From positions 1 through 58,261 of the forward strand of contig CALIZJ010000150.1 in the NCBI GenBank assembly GCA_938028845.1: a DNA stretch of 58,261 bases, given 5' to 3'. The position numbers and the translations under genes are program-made. Positions 38,863-48,788 of the stretch are shown here, in pieces (position 1 is the stretch's first letter; the number at the start of each line of letters is the position of its first letter). The DNA comes from an uncultured Blautia sp. (GTDB taxonomy: Bacteria > Bacillota > Clostridia > Lachnospirales > Lachnospiraceae). A model generated the notes under the pieces. The model did not search any database and was not told where the DNA came from. It was given only the letters and a program-made list of their open reading frames with translations.

Positions 38863-40116
38863 CTACTTTTTCCTCTCTACCTTATTTCGATATGACTGAT
38901 AAAGCTTCCAAACTTTTGTATTCTTCATCTCTTTGATCAACTGCGCCTGTCTCTCCGTTTTTTCCTTAAGGCGCAGCACTTCACAGCCCTGTTCTTTCAT
39001 ATTTTCCAGCATCTGGGGATCTCCCTGGTATACCTTAAGGCAGATTTCCAGATTTTTCGCTCCCTGGGGCACGGGGATCTCTGAAATATTCGGGTCCTCC
39101 TTGGCAATATACGCCCAGTCTCTGAAAATACAGCCCTTATCCACCACTGCCTTTAAAAGCCTGGCTGGTTTTCCGTCAAAGGCCAGCTTTTCTATATGAA
39201 CCGCACAAGGCAGATCTCCCGGGTCTATACGGATACTCACACAGTTTTGAGGAAGGGGAACGGTACACTGTGCCTTTCCCTCCTCTAAAGGAAAGGTCTT
39301 AGAGTCCGCCTCCGTGTATCCCGCTCCAAAGGAAAAGAATACCTGAAGCATCCCGCCTCCTGTCATCTGCATAGCCGCCACTCCCGGCGTTATATCTGCA
39401 AACATTTCCCGCATGGGAATATGCTTTCCTGTAATATATCCTTGGAAATTTGCCTCCATCCGGGCAAAAATCTCTTTTTGTTCTTTCGTAATACCCGCTT
39501 TTTGGTAAAAGTCATACTCTGCCAGGACGCTGCGGATACTATGGGTATCTATATAATAATGAATGATCCGGTACAGAACGAAAGCGCAGGGAATGGGGAA
39601 ATCAAAGGTCCATTCATAATCCAGCACACAGGGAGGATTCGTAAGCACCAGGTTCTGGCACACCATATCAATATTCGTCACCGGGGCACAGGAAAACTCT
39701 CCCAGCGGCAGTTCTTCCCCGAACACCTTTCGGAATTCCTCTGTCATTTGGAAAGTTTCTGTGCTGTATATATTTTTTACCTGTTCCAGATATTTTTCCA
39801 GATAGCCCGCTGCCTTTTCCACCTGGCCTGCTTCTAAAAGCCCATCCAAAAGCTCTTCCAGGGTACTGCCCTTAAGGTATTCCAGGCGCACGCCTTCCCC
39901 GTCTTCTTCACAGCGGTTGCAGGAAAGCCCGGCCTTTTCATATTCTTTTTCCAGGCTTTCATACCAGCGGCACAGATTCTTTACATGCCTTTCTCCTTCC
40001 GGATACAGGGCTGCCTTTCTCACATAGCGGCCGCCTTCTTCCTCAAGGATGTCTGTGCGCACGTCAAAGGAACGGCTTCTTTCATTGGAATATTTTGTAT
40101 AAATGATCTCAGCCAT
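38863..40116 (-). CDS. Kinase-like (APH/ChoK-fold) protein with a short C-terminal coiled coil; candidate glycan terminator kinase
   Basis: VRK, NIDMVCQN (DxxxxN) and LDYEW motifs; C-terminal ...NTKVWKL. RBS AGGAGG precedes ATG 40116. Confidence 0.6.
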   Translation of the reverse strand: MAEIIYTKYSNERSRSFDVRTDILEEEGGRYVRKAALYPEGERHVKNLCRWYESLEKEYEKAGLSCNRCEEDGEGVRLEYLKGSTLEELLDGLLEAGQVEKAAGYLEKYLEQVKNIYSTETFQMTEEFRKVFGEELPLGEFSCAPVTNIDMVCQNLVLTNPPCVLDYEWTFDFPIPCAFVLYRIIHYYIDTHSIRSVLAEYDFYQKAGITKEQKEIFARMEANFQGYITGKHIPMREMFADITPGVAAMQMTGGGMLQVFFSFGAGYTEADSKTFPLEEGKAQCTVPLPQNCVSIRIDPGDLPCAVHIEKLAFDGKPARLLKAVVDKGCIFRDWAYIAKEDPNISEIPVPQGAKNLEICLKVYQGDPQMLENMKEQGCEVLRLKEKTERQAQLIKEMKNTKVWKLYQSYRNKVERKK

Positions 40117-41101
40117 TTTTCCCTCCTCCTGACGCACTTGCTGCGTCATCCGGACTGATTTGGGAGCTTGCATACAAGTCACCCGCTTTTTCCGCCAGCA
40201 CTAAAAAGGAATTTGAAAATTCCGGGAAAAGTCCGGCGTCCACAAGGCTGTCATACACCTTAGGTTCGTCAAAAAGCTGCATCCGGACCCTGTCGTAATT
40301 ACAGAAGTTATCTGTCAGATCCCCTTTTTTCGGCAGGTATTTATCAGAATAAATGGTCAAAGGGAATTTATAATCCGGATAAGGGTAATAAAAAGTCGTG
40401 CAAAACGCCCCTGCCTGGCTGATTAGGTCCGTAAGTTCTTTTTTGGAAAATGTTTTTACTCCCTGGGTCTTCGGATACCCCTCCAGCCCTTCAAAGTATT
40501 TTCCTACATGATCCTCTGTACAGCCCGCCCAGTATTTCAGTCCCAGACGGTTCTCAATGGCGATCACCAGTTTCCCGTCCTTTTTTAAATGCCTTGCAAT
40601 GCGCCGCAGCATTTCCACATAGGGTTCTTTCGTACCGATATATCCTTCCGAATACTCAAATACGCCGATCAAAGTGATATAATCAAAGGTCTCCGTGAGA
40701 TTCTTTTCAATATCCTGAAAATTTCCCACCAGGATCTTTATATTTTCATGTTCCTGGTTGCGATAGGCATTGATGGTGCTGCGCATTTTAGACAGCTCGA
40801 TGCAGGTGACCTCCCCAGCCTTTCTGGCAAGAGCCCCTGTGATCGCCCCGCAGCCGGAACCGATTTCCAAAACCTTATCTTCCTTTTTTATAGGAAGCCA
40901 TTCCAGGATATTCTGGCGTATATGAGAAAAATGATAGAGCACAGGCCAGCTTTTTCTCTGTGCGATCACCTGGTTTAGTTCCTCTTCTTTATAATTTTGG
41001 GCGATCTGTAAAAGTTCCTCTTCCACCGGGCCGTCGCTGTAGAGATCTTCCCCGGGATAACAGGACAGATCCAGCGTCACCCTGCCGATTTTTTCCTCCA
41101 T
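40109..41101 (-). CDS. Class I SAM-dependent methyltransferase
   Basis: VLEIGSGCGAIT, FDYITLIGVFEY, LKKDGKLVIAIENRLG, YYPYPDYKFP. Confidence 0.9.
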   Translation of the reverse strand: MEEKIGRVTLDLSCYPGEDLYSDGPVEEELLQIAQNYKEEELNQVIAQRKSWPVLYHFSHIRQNILEWLPIKKEDKVLEIGSGCGAITGALARKAGEVTCIELSKMRSTINAYRNQEHENIKILVGNFQDIEKNLTETFDYITLIGVFEYSEGYIGTKEPYVEMLRRIARHLKKDGKLVIAIENRLGLKYWAGCTEDHVGKYFEGLEGYPKTQGVKTFSKKELTDLISQAGAFCTTFYYPYPDYKFPLTIYSDKYLPKKGDLTDNFCNYDRVRMQLFDEPKVYDSLVDAGLFPEFSNSFLVLAEKAGDLYASSQISPDDAASASGGGKNG

Positions 41102-41113
41102 GGATTTCTCCTT

Positions 41114-42370
41114 TTACTCTGTAATTGTCACTTTTGAATTCATATCATAAAAACCAACGGTGTTCTTCGCAGAAACAACGGTGATGTTGCAGGCGTCGTA
41201 CAGACGGTGGAACACGGTAAATTCTCCGCTGCGGTACCCTGTACAGCCAAAGGAAAGCAGGTATTCTCCCCCCTGCAGGTCCATCCGCTGTTCAAAGGTC
41301 ACTACACATTCCCTTCCTGCTTCAGGATGTTCTACAGACGCTTTTTCATACATCGTGTTCGTCCCTGTGATCTCTGTTCCCTGGATATTCTTAAAGGTAT
41401 ACGCCAAAATTGGCTCCTGGATACTTTCGTGGAACTGCACGCGCATCTTAATCTGGAAGGCGGTTCCCTTCTCAATGGTATTGCTTTGGCGCCCTTTTTC
41501 ATCCAGCACCACAAAATCTACAATCTCCGCCTGCTTTTCTCCGTATTCCAAAGTATCCGGGTTTACCTGGAATCCTTCCCTCCAGTTTTCAGAATCTCCC
41601 TGGGACGTTCCTTCCCCTTGTTTTACCGGATCCTGGTGTACCAAAAGCTGCTTGTACATATCCACCATCGCCTTCGGCGTCCCCTGATCCAGCATCTGTC
41701 CTTTGTGGAGCAGGATTACTCGGTCGCAATATTTGGAGATGCTGCTTAAATCATGGCTGACAAACAGGATGGTCTTTCCCTGGGCCTTAAATTCTTCAAA
41801 TTTATGGTAACACTTTGCCTGGAAGAATACGTCTCCCACACTTAAAGCCTCGTCCACGATCAGAATCTCCGGGTCGATATTTATGGCCACAGCAAAGGCA
41901 AGGCGCACGAACATACCGCTGGAATACATCTTCACAGGCTGATGGATATAATCCCCGATATCGGCAAAGGCAAGGATATCATCCAGCCGGGCGTCGATCT
42001 CTTCCTTGGAAAAGCCGATCATGGTTCCGTTTAAATACACGTTTTCCAGACCGGAGTATTCCATGTTAAAGCCTGCTCCCAGCTCCAAAAGGGCGGAGAT
42101 CCTTCCATTTACCTTTACTTCTCCCTCTGTGGGATTTAACACCCCGGTAATGATTTTCAGGATGGTGGATTTCCCGGAGCCGTTTACTCCGATAATACCC
42201 ACACATTCCCCTTCTTCTATATCAAAATTCACATCATTCAGCGCATAATGCTCCCGGTACCGTTTTTTCCGGCTTAAGCCCAGAGCCTCCTTAAGACGGT
42301 CGGAGGGCTTGTCGTACAGCTTATACATCTTTGATAAATGTTGTACTTGAATGACTTTCTTTTTTTCCAC
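41114..42370 (-). CDS. wzt: Polysaccharide ABC exporter ATPase with a C-terminal Wzt_C carbohydrate-binding domain
   Basis: GVNGSGKST, YSSGMFVRLAFA, DEALSVGD, plus a ~150-aa beta-rich extension; GTG start. Confidence 0.9.
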   Translation of the reverse strand: MEKKKVIQVQHLSKMYKLYDKPSDRLKEALGLSRKKRYREHYALNDVNFDIEEGECVGIIGVNGSGKSTILKIITGVLNPTEGEVKVNGRISALLELGAGFNMEYSGLENVYLNGTMIGFSKEEIDARLDDILAFADIGDYIHQPVKMYSSGMFVRLAFAVAINIDPEILIVDEALSVGDVFFQAKCYHKFEEFKAQGKTILFVSHDLSSISKYCDRVILLHKGQMLDQGTPKAMVDMYKQLLVHQDPVKQGEGTSQGDSENWREGFQVNPDTLEYGEKQAEIVDFVVLDEKGRQSNTIEKGTAFQIKMRVQFHESIQEPILAYTFKNIQGTEITGTNTMYEKASVEHPEAGRECVVTFEQRMDLQGGEYLLSFGCTGYRSGEFTVFHRLYDACNITVVSAKNTVGFYDMNSKVTITE

Positions 42371-42383
42371 TTAAAAAACCTCT

Positions 42384-43199
42384 CTATAATACATCTGCGA
42401 AATGGACGCGGAGCCGCTTGAAGACCCAGCTTCCCAGCAGAAAGCATAAAATGGTAAAGACCCAGAAATAAAGGGTCCAGTATGGATGTTCCACGAACCA
42501 CTGTTTTGTCACAAAGGCGTCCCTGTAGCCGGATACAATGTAATACATAGGGTTTAACTGCAGTACCCGGTGCAGCATGGGATGATCTTTCAAAGCCGTT
42601 TCCGCCACCCACATGATCGGTGTCAGCCAGATTCCTACCTGAAGCCCTATGCTTATGATCTGTGTGAGATCCCGGAAAAACACCACGATGGCACAGGTGG
42701 CATAACATAACCCCAGCACCAGTACAAATGTACAAAAACTGTAGTATAAGATCTGCAGATAATATACGTCCGGGAATCTTCCGTAAAACATATACAATAT
42801 AATGGTAAACGCCACAAAAAAACAATGGACAAACAATGCGGAAATAATCTTTACAATAGGAAGCACACTGATATTAAAGACTACTTTTTTTACAAGATAA
42901 TTGTATTCGATCAGGGAGTTCGTCCCTCCATTTAAAGAATCCTGGAAAAAAAACCAGGGTACGATCCCCGCTACCAGATAAAGGACAAAAGGTACGTCCA
43001 CCCCGCCCATGGAAGGTTTAACCCCCACGGAAAAGACAAACCAGTATACCAGAATGGTGACAATGGGCTGGATCAGTGCCCACACAGCCCCCAGATAAGA
43101 GCCTGCATACTTTGTCTTAAAATCATTTTTAGCCAGTTTTAAAACCAGCCGGCGGTTTTTCCACACATCCGCCGGCAGGGAAAAAATCGTTTTCAGCAT
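42384..43199 (-). CDS. wzm: Polysaccharide ABC exporter permease
   Basis: KYAGSYLG.VW, FRDLTQ, WLTPIMW, LNPMYY, FADVL. Confidence 0.92.
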   Translation of the reverse strand: MLKTIFSLPADVWKNRRLVLKLAKNDFKTKYAGSYLGAVWALIQPIVTILVYWFVFSVGVKPSMGGVDVPFVLYLVAGIVPWFFFQDSLNGGTNSLIEYNYLVKKVVFNISVLPIVKIISALFVHCFFVAFTIILYMFYGRFPDVYYLQILYYSFCTFVLVLGLCYATCAIVVFFRDLTQIISIGLQVGIWLTPIMWVAETALKDHPMLHRVLQLNPMYYIVSGYRDAFVTKQWFVEHPYWTLYFWVFTILCFLLGSWVFKRLRVHFADVL

Positions 43200-43208
43200 T
43201 CCGTTCTC

Positions 43209-43763
43209 CTAACGTTTTAAATCCCGAAGAAGGCCCCAGTTTTTGTCCTTTTCGGAAAAGATAAGCTCCATTCCCTCTTTTATCGGCCACTCTACCCCTA
43301 TATCGGGATCATTCCAGAGGATTCCGCCTTCATCGTTTGGATGATAAAAATCTGAACATTTATAAGTAAATTCCGCTTTCTCGGAAAGTACGAGAAAACC
43401 GTGGGCAAAACCCTTGGGGATAAAAAACTGTTTTTTATTTTCTGCAGAAAGGACCACCCCGTACCACTGTCCGTAAGTGGCAGAACCTTCCCGTAAATCC
43501 ACAGCAACGTCAAACACTTCCCCGCTTACCACACGGACCAGCTTGTCCTGGGGATAGTTGATCTGAAAGTGCAGCCCGCGCAGCACCCCATATCTGGAAC
43601 CGGACTGGTTATCCTGGACGAACTTAACGTCAATGCCCGCTTCCTTAAAATCATTGTAGTTATAGGTTTCCATAAAATAGCCCCTGTCATCTCCAAACAC
43701 AGTGGGTTCAATGACTTTAAGCCCTTCTATATTTCCGCAATCTGTTACCTTGATTTTTCCCAT
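43209..43763 (-). CDS. rfbC: dTDP-4-dehydrorhamnose 3,5-epimerase
   Basis: DDRGYFME, VQDNQS, LRGLHFQ, GFAHGF. Confidence 0.97.
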   Translation of the reverse strand: MGKIKVTDCGNIEGLKVIEPTVFGDDRGYFMETYNYNDFKEAGIDVKFVQDNQSGSRYGVLRGLHFQINYPQDKLVRVVSGEVFDVAVDLREGSATYGQWYGVVLSAENKKQFFIPKGFAHGFLVLSEKAEFTYKCSDFYHPNDEGGILWNDPDIGVEWPIKEGMELIFSEKDKNWGLLRDLKR

Positions 43764-43810
43764 AACAATCTCCTTTTATTTTTTCCCAAAGAGGCTGTTT
43801 CATCCTTTCC

Positions 43811-44680
43811 TTACAGCCCTTCTGAAATTTCCATAAGATATTTTCCATAAGAAGTCTTTAAAAGCGGCTGCGCCAGCTTTACAAGCTGTTCCCTGGAGAT
43901 AAAGCCCTGCTTATAGGCGATCTCCTCAATACAGGACACATACAGTCCCTGGCGTTTCTGCACTGCAGCCACGTATTCCGCCGCATCTAAAAGGGCGTCG
44001 GGATTTCCTGTATCCAGCCATGCGAAACCTCTTCCAAGGGTTTCCACGTGAAGCAGGCCCCTGCGCAGATATTCATTGTTTACACTGGTAATCTCAATTT
44101 CTCCCCGTTTGGAGGGTTTTACGTTTTTCGCGATCTCCACCACAGAATTGTCGTAGAAATACAGTCCGGGTACCGCGTAATTAGACTTGGGATTTAATGG
44201 TTTTTCCTCAATGGACAAAGCCTTCCCGTTTTCGTCAAATTCCACTACCCCGTACTCTCTTGGGTCGCGTACATAGTAGCCGAAAATAGTGGCTCCTTCT
44301 TCCCTGGCGGCAGCCTGGCGAAGCACCCTGGTAAAGCTCTGACCGTAGAAAATATTGTCTCCCAGGACAAGGGCCACATGGTCAGACCCGATAAATTCCT
44401 CCCCGATGATAAAGGCATCTGCCAGCCCTCTGGGATATTCCTGAACGGCATAGGACATTTTCAGCCCTAACTGCTCTCCGCTTCCTAAAAGCTCCTGAAA
44501 TACCGGAAGATCCCTGGGGGTGGAAATGATCAGGATCTCCTGGATCCCTGCCAGCATTAAAGTAGACAGGGGATAATAGATCATAGGCTTATCGTATACC
44601 GGCATGATCTGTTTACTGATAGATACGGTAAGGGGGTAAAGCCTGGTACCCGATCCTCCCGCAAGAATGATTCCTTTCAT
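43811..44680 (-). CDS. rfbA: Glucose-1-phosphate thymidylyltransferase
   Basis: [43 protein letters not shown]. Start at ATG 44680. Confidence 0.97.
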   Translation of the reverse strand: MKGIILAGGSGTRLYPLTVSISKQIMPVYDKPMIYYPLSTLMLAGIQEILIISTPRDLPVFQELLGSGEQLGLKMSYAVQEYPRGLADAFIIGEEFIGSDHVALVLGDNIFYGQSFTRVLRQAAAREEGATIFGYYVRDPREYGVVEFDENGKALSIEEKPLNPKSNYAVPGLYFYDNSVVEIAKNVKPSKRGEIEITSVNNEYLRRGLLHVETLGRGFAWLDTGNPDALLDAAEYVAAVQKRQGLYVSCIEEIAYKQGFISREQLVKLAQPLLKTSYGKYLMEISEGL

Positions 44681-44690
44681 GGAAAACCTC

Positions 44691-45971
44691 CTATTTTCTC
44701 TTTTTCTTTGCTTTTTTATTCTTTTTTGCAAGGGCAATGAGCAGGATCACAAGGATCACCACCATAACCCCCATAACTATAAACAGGAACTTTGCCAGGT
44801 TTGTGATCCCATCCCTGGCTGGTTCCTGTGTGGTTTCGCTATTTTCTGTCTGGCCGTACAGAGGTGCCTCATTGGCGTCCACTGCCTCTTCTATCTGGGG
44901 AGTAGGGGTAACAGTGGCCTGTGCCGCTTTTCCTATACCGATCCGGTGATTCGCCAGATAATAGCCCTCCATCTTTCTGCCGTTTATCTCTTCTTCCCGC
45001 ACAGTCACGGACTCTGTTCCTGTTCCCCTTGGGATGATCACATTGCCCGTTCTGTATTCTGTCTTCTGAAAGTTCTGGAACCCATAATCATATAAAAGGC
45101 GGCTGTCCATACTGACTTCGTTCATATCCGCCCCGCGCATGACCACAGCGATATAGGTGACGCCGTTTTGGCGCACTCCTGTCACAAGCGTATAGCCTGC
45201 ATCATTGGTCATGCCGGATTTTCCTCCTAAGCAGCCCTCATAGTAAAGGGCGGATTCCTCTGCAAAAAGAGGGATATGGGTGTGAAGCTTACGGGTCTCG
45301 CTGTTTAAATTCGTAGGTTCTATATAATAAGTAGGCGTACCGATCACTTCCCGGAACGTGTCATTTTTTAAACCCTCCCGAAAGATCAGCGCCATATCTC
45401 TTGCCGTTGTGTACTGATTTGTATCCGGAAGCCCGCTGGCATTGACAAAATTCGTGTTCGTACAGCCGATCTCCGCCGCCCGCTGGTTCATCATAGTGAT
45501 AAAGTTTTCTTCCGTACCGCCCACATATTCTGCAATCTGCGCAGACACTTCATTGGCGGAATACAGGATCATGGCGTACAAGCAGTCTTCCATGCTCATA
45601 GTCTCCCCAAGCTGCATTCCGATATTACCGGAATCCGGAGCAACATCCCGCACGCCTGTCTCCGTGAAAGTTACCGTTTCATCCAGGCTGCTGTTCTCCA
45701 CTGCGAGAAGCAGTGTCATAAGCTTGGTGATGCTGGCCGGATAGCGAAGCTCATCGGCTCCCTTGGCGTAAACTACCGTTCCCGTTTGGGCTTCCATGAG
45801 GATCCCCGTATCTGAGGCGATCTCAGGACCTGCGGGCCATCCTTGTATCTCGTTTGTAGAAATGGAATAAGTGGCGTTTAAATCCACTGAAGCCGCCGAT
45901 ACCGGCAGGGCAAACGCCAGTGCAAGAAAAGCTCCGGCAGCTCTGTACAATATTTTCCCAATTTTTTTCAT
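44691..45971 (-). CDS. D-alanyl-D-alanine carboxypeptidase (peptidase S11), motifs intact
   Basis: SITK, SAN, KSG; signal peptide and C-terminal TM with a basic tail. Confidence 0.9.
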   Translation of the reverse strand: MKKIGKILYRAAGAFLALAFALPVSAASVDLNATYSISTNEIQGWPAGPEIASDTGILMEAQTGTVVYAKGADELRYPASITKLMTLLLAVENSSLDETVTFTETGVRDVAPDSGNIGMQLGETMSMEDCLYAMILYSANEVSAQIAEYVGGTEENFITMMNQRAAEIGCTNTNFVNASGLPDTNQYTTARDMALIFREGLKNDTFREVIGTPTYYIEPTNLNSETRKLHTHIPLFAEESALYYEGCLGGKSGMTNDAGYTLVTGVRQNGVTYIAVVMRGADMNEVSMDSRLLYDYGFQNFQKTEYRTGNVIIPRGTGTESVTVREEEINGRKMEGYYLANHRIGIGKAAQATVTPTPQIEEAVDANEAPLYGQTENSETTQEPARDGITNLAKFLFIVMGVMVVILVILLIALAKKNKKAKKKRK

Positions 45972-45983
45972 AGACTGACCTCA

Positions 45984-47114
45984 CTAAAACTCCCTGAATC
46001 CATTAATGGCATCTACGATCCCCTTTACATCCTCCATATCCAGGTTATAGAACATGGGCAGACGCAAAAGCCGCTCGCTTTCCCTGGTAGTATACACATC
46101 CTCCCCGAAAAATCTGCCGAATTTTTTTCCTGCCGGCGCAGAATGGAGGGGAATGTAATGGAACACACTCATGATCCCCTTTTCCCGGAGATAGGAAATA
46201 AGCCTGGTACGCACCGTGATGTCTTTTACCTTAATGTAATACATATGGGCGTTATGTATACATTCCTTTGGTACAAAGGGCTGCTGGATCTTTCCCTCGT
46301 CTGCCAGGTGTTTTAAATTCCTGTCATAATACTGGTAAATCTCCATTCGCTTTTTATTGATCCGCCCACATTCTTCAAGCTGGGCATAGAGATAAGCTGC
46401 ATTTAACTCACTTGGCAGATAGGAAGATCCATAGCCCACCCAGCGGTACTTATCCACCTGTCCCCGGAAAAATTTGCTGCGGTCGGTTCCCTTTTCCCGA
46501 AGGATTTCTGCCTGTTCCAGGTACTCATCCTCCTGAAACAAAAGAGCGCCGCCCTCACCCATAGTATAATTCTTCGTCTCATGAAAGCTGTAGCATCCGA
46601 AATCCCCGATGGTGCCAAGGGCTTTTCCCTTATAAAAGGCATCCACCCCCTGGGCCGCATCCTCCACCACTTTCAGGTGATGTCTGGCAGCGATATCCAT
46701 AATGGTATCCATTTCACATGCCACACCTGCATAATGGACCGGGACGATCACACGGGTCTTGTCCGTAACAGCATCTTCAATCTGTTTCTCATCAATATTC
46801 ATCGTATCCGGCCGGATGTCCACAAACACGATCCTGGCACCGCGAAGAACGAAAGCGTCCGCCGTGGAAACAAAGGTGTAAGAAGGCATGATCACCTCGT
46901 CTCCAGGTTTTAAATCACACAGATAAGCTGCCATCTCCAACGCATGGGTACAGGAAGTGGTCAGCAATGTATGGCTGACCTGAAATTTTTCCTGGATCCA
47001 TTGGGAACACATTTTTGTGTACGCCCCGTCTCCACAGAGCATTCCCCGGTCCACTGCGTCTTTTATATAATCCAGTTCTTTCCCCACAAATGCGGGACGG
47101 TTAAAATCAATCAT
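45984..47114 (-). CDS. rffA: dTDP-4-amino-4,6-dideoxygalactose transaminase (WecE/RffA)
   Basis: TTSCTHALEM, VEDAAQG, SFHETKN, GEGG, REKGTDRSKFFRGQVDKY, FHYIPLHS. Confidence 0.92.
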   Translation of the reverse strand: MIDFNRPAFVGKELDYIKDAVDRGMLCGDGAYTKMCSQWIQEKFQVSHTLLTTSCTHALEMAAYLCDLKPGDEVIMPSYTFVSTADAFVLRGARIVFVDIRPDTMNIDEKQIEDAVTDKTRVIVPVHYAGVACEMDTIMDIAARHHLKVVEDAAQGVDAFYKGKALGTIGDFGCYSFHETKNYTMGEGGALLFQEDEYLEQAEILREKGTDRSKFFRGQVDKYRWVGYGSSYLPSELNAAYLYAQLEECGRINKKRMEIYQYYDRNLKHLADEGKIQQPFVPKECIHNAHMYYIKVKDITVRTRLISYLREKGIMSVFHYIPLHSAPAGKKFGRFFGEDVYTTRESERLLRLPMFYNLDMEDVKGIVDAINGFREF

Positions 47115-48054
47115 CTGTATCCTCTTTTTCCTCAGTAAGGTTCGCTTTATCCCGGATCACATACTGGGGCGTCTTGTTAATATTTAAAATCAGTTTTCCT
47201 ATGTACTCTCCTATAATACCCAGCATCAGAAAACTAAATCCGAAAAATACCAAAAGGGCGCACATAAGAGAAGACCATCCCACTGCAATGCAGGGATTTA
47301 AAAGCTTACGGATCAGCACCACAATGGCGCCGATAAATCCCGCTGCTGAAAACAGGATGCCAAAAAGTGTCGCAGCCCGCAGAGGGATCACTGTAAAGTT
47401 CAAACAGGACATAAAAAGCTTTAATCCTTTTCTGAAGGTGTAATTAGAGCTTCCTACCTCCCTGGCATAATGTTCGATTTCAATGTTTGCAATGTTATGG
47501 GTGGTGCGGAAAAACAAAACCTGGAGAAATACATTATAGCCGTCATACTTCACCACCTCATCCCTTACATACCGGCGGCAGCACCAAAAGCTGCTCATCT
47601 GGATATCCTTGGGCCGGTCCAAAAGCCGCCACAAAAGAAAACGGCTGATAGATCCGGTTATATTTTTAACTGCAGAAAATTTTCTTTCCTTAAAAACTCC
47701 AAATACAATGTCATAGCCCTCCTGGATCTTAGAGAGGAACTGGGGTATCTGGGAAGGATGGTTCTGCATATCGTCATCCATTCCCACAACCAGATCTCCC
47801 TTCGTGTAAGAGAGCCCTGCCATAATGGCGTTATGCTGTCCGAAGTTTTTCGCAAAATTGATTCCTTTTACATTGGGGTACTTCTCTGCCAGCTCTTTTA
47901 TGGTCTGCCAGGTAGCGTCCCTGGAATAATCGTTTACAAGAATAAACTCGCAGTCGTAGTCTTTCAGCTTACGGAACTCCTCCATAGCCAGCTCTACGAC
48001 TTTTCCAATGGTTTCCTGTGAATTATAACATGGTATAACGATAGATACCAGCAT
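47107..48054 (-). CDS. Polyprenyl-phosphate glycosyltransferase (GtrB/ArnC-like GT2)
   Basis: NFGQHNA, MDDDMQN, two C-terminal TMs, GIIGEYIG. Confidence 0.88.
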   Translation of the reverse strand: MLVSIVIPCYNSQETIGKVVELAMEEFRKLKDYDCEFILVNDYSRDATWQTIKELAEKYPNVKGINFAKNFGQHNAIMAGLSYTKGDLVVGMDDDMQNHPSQIPQFLSKIQEGYDIVFGVFKERKFSAVKNITGSISRFLLWRLLDRPKDIQMSSFWCCRRYVRDEVVKYDGYNVFLQVLFFRTTHNIANIEIEHYAREVGSSNYTFRKGLKLFMSCLNFTVIPLRAATLFGILFSAAGFIGAIVVLIRKLLNPCIAVGWSSLMCALLVFFGFSFLMLGIIGEYIGKLILNINKTPQYVIRDKANLTEEKEDTDD

Positions 48055-48073
48055 TCTTCTAACTCCTTATCTG

Positions 48074-48418
48074 TTACATTGAAAAAATAGCGATCCCTAA
48101 AAGGATCAGGGCAAGCCCCATAAGTTTCCTCTTCCCAAACCGCTCTTTCAGAAAAATATAGCCCAGTACGGACACAAAAATATAACCTGTGGACTCCAGT
48201 ATGGGAGACATGGAAAGGGGGACTTTTCTAAGAGCCAGCATAGTCAGGATCACCGAGCAGAAAAACATGGCATAGGCCGTCACCACCACAGGATTTAAAT
48301 ACTCTCTTATACGGTTTTTATAGGTTTTATCCGCTGCTTTTTTCAGAAGTATCTGGGATACAGAGGAAATAAACACAGATACCAAAAGCACGCAGACAGA
48401 AATTCCCAAACTATTCAT
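48074..48418 (-). CDS. Small EamA/SMR membrane protein (ArnE/F-like flippase subunit)
   Basis: 114 aa, 4 TMs, SQILLK, VPLS, FLKE. Confidence 0.75.
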   Translation of the reverse strand: MNSLGISVCVLLVSVFISSVSQILLKKAADKTYKNRIREYLNPVVVTAYAMFFCSVILTMLALRKVPLSMSPILESTGYIFVSVLGYIFLKERFGKRKLMGLALILLGIAIFSM

Positions 48419-48773
48419 CGCTGCTCACCACTAAATAAATTCCTGCAAAAATAACTGCTGCTCCCAAGATCATGTTCCAGGATATTTCTTCCTTAAAAAT
48501 AAGGCTTCCCCAGATGATCCCCCAGATCAGCGTCACCGGCTTATTTGCATAAGCCACCGTCAGGGGCATCCGCCGAAGGATCTGCTGCCAGATGATCGCA
48601 TAGGCAAACATGATCACAAAAACCATTCCAAACCAGAACAGAAAAGGAACAGAAAAAATATCCTCCATGTAGCCCGACGCCATCTTAGAACACACGCCGC
48701 TTAAGGAACTTAGCAAAAGGCTTCCATGAAGCAGCAGGAATACACTCTTTTTTGTAGATGTAGAATTTCTCAT
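48411..48773 (-). CDS. Small EamA/SMR membrane protein (ArnE/F-like flippase subunit)
   Basis: 120 aa, 4 TMs, WQQIL..PLTVAY, IFKEEI. Confidence 0.75.
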   Translation of the reverse strand: MRNSTSTKKSVFLLLHGSLLLSSLSGVCSKMASGYMEDIFSVPFLFWFGMVFVIMFAYAIIWQQILRRMPLTVAYANKPVTLIWGIIWGSLIFKEEISWNMILGAAVIFAGIYLVVSSDE

Positions 48774-48788
48774 GTTATTTTCTCACAA

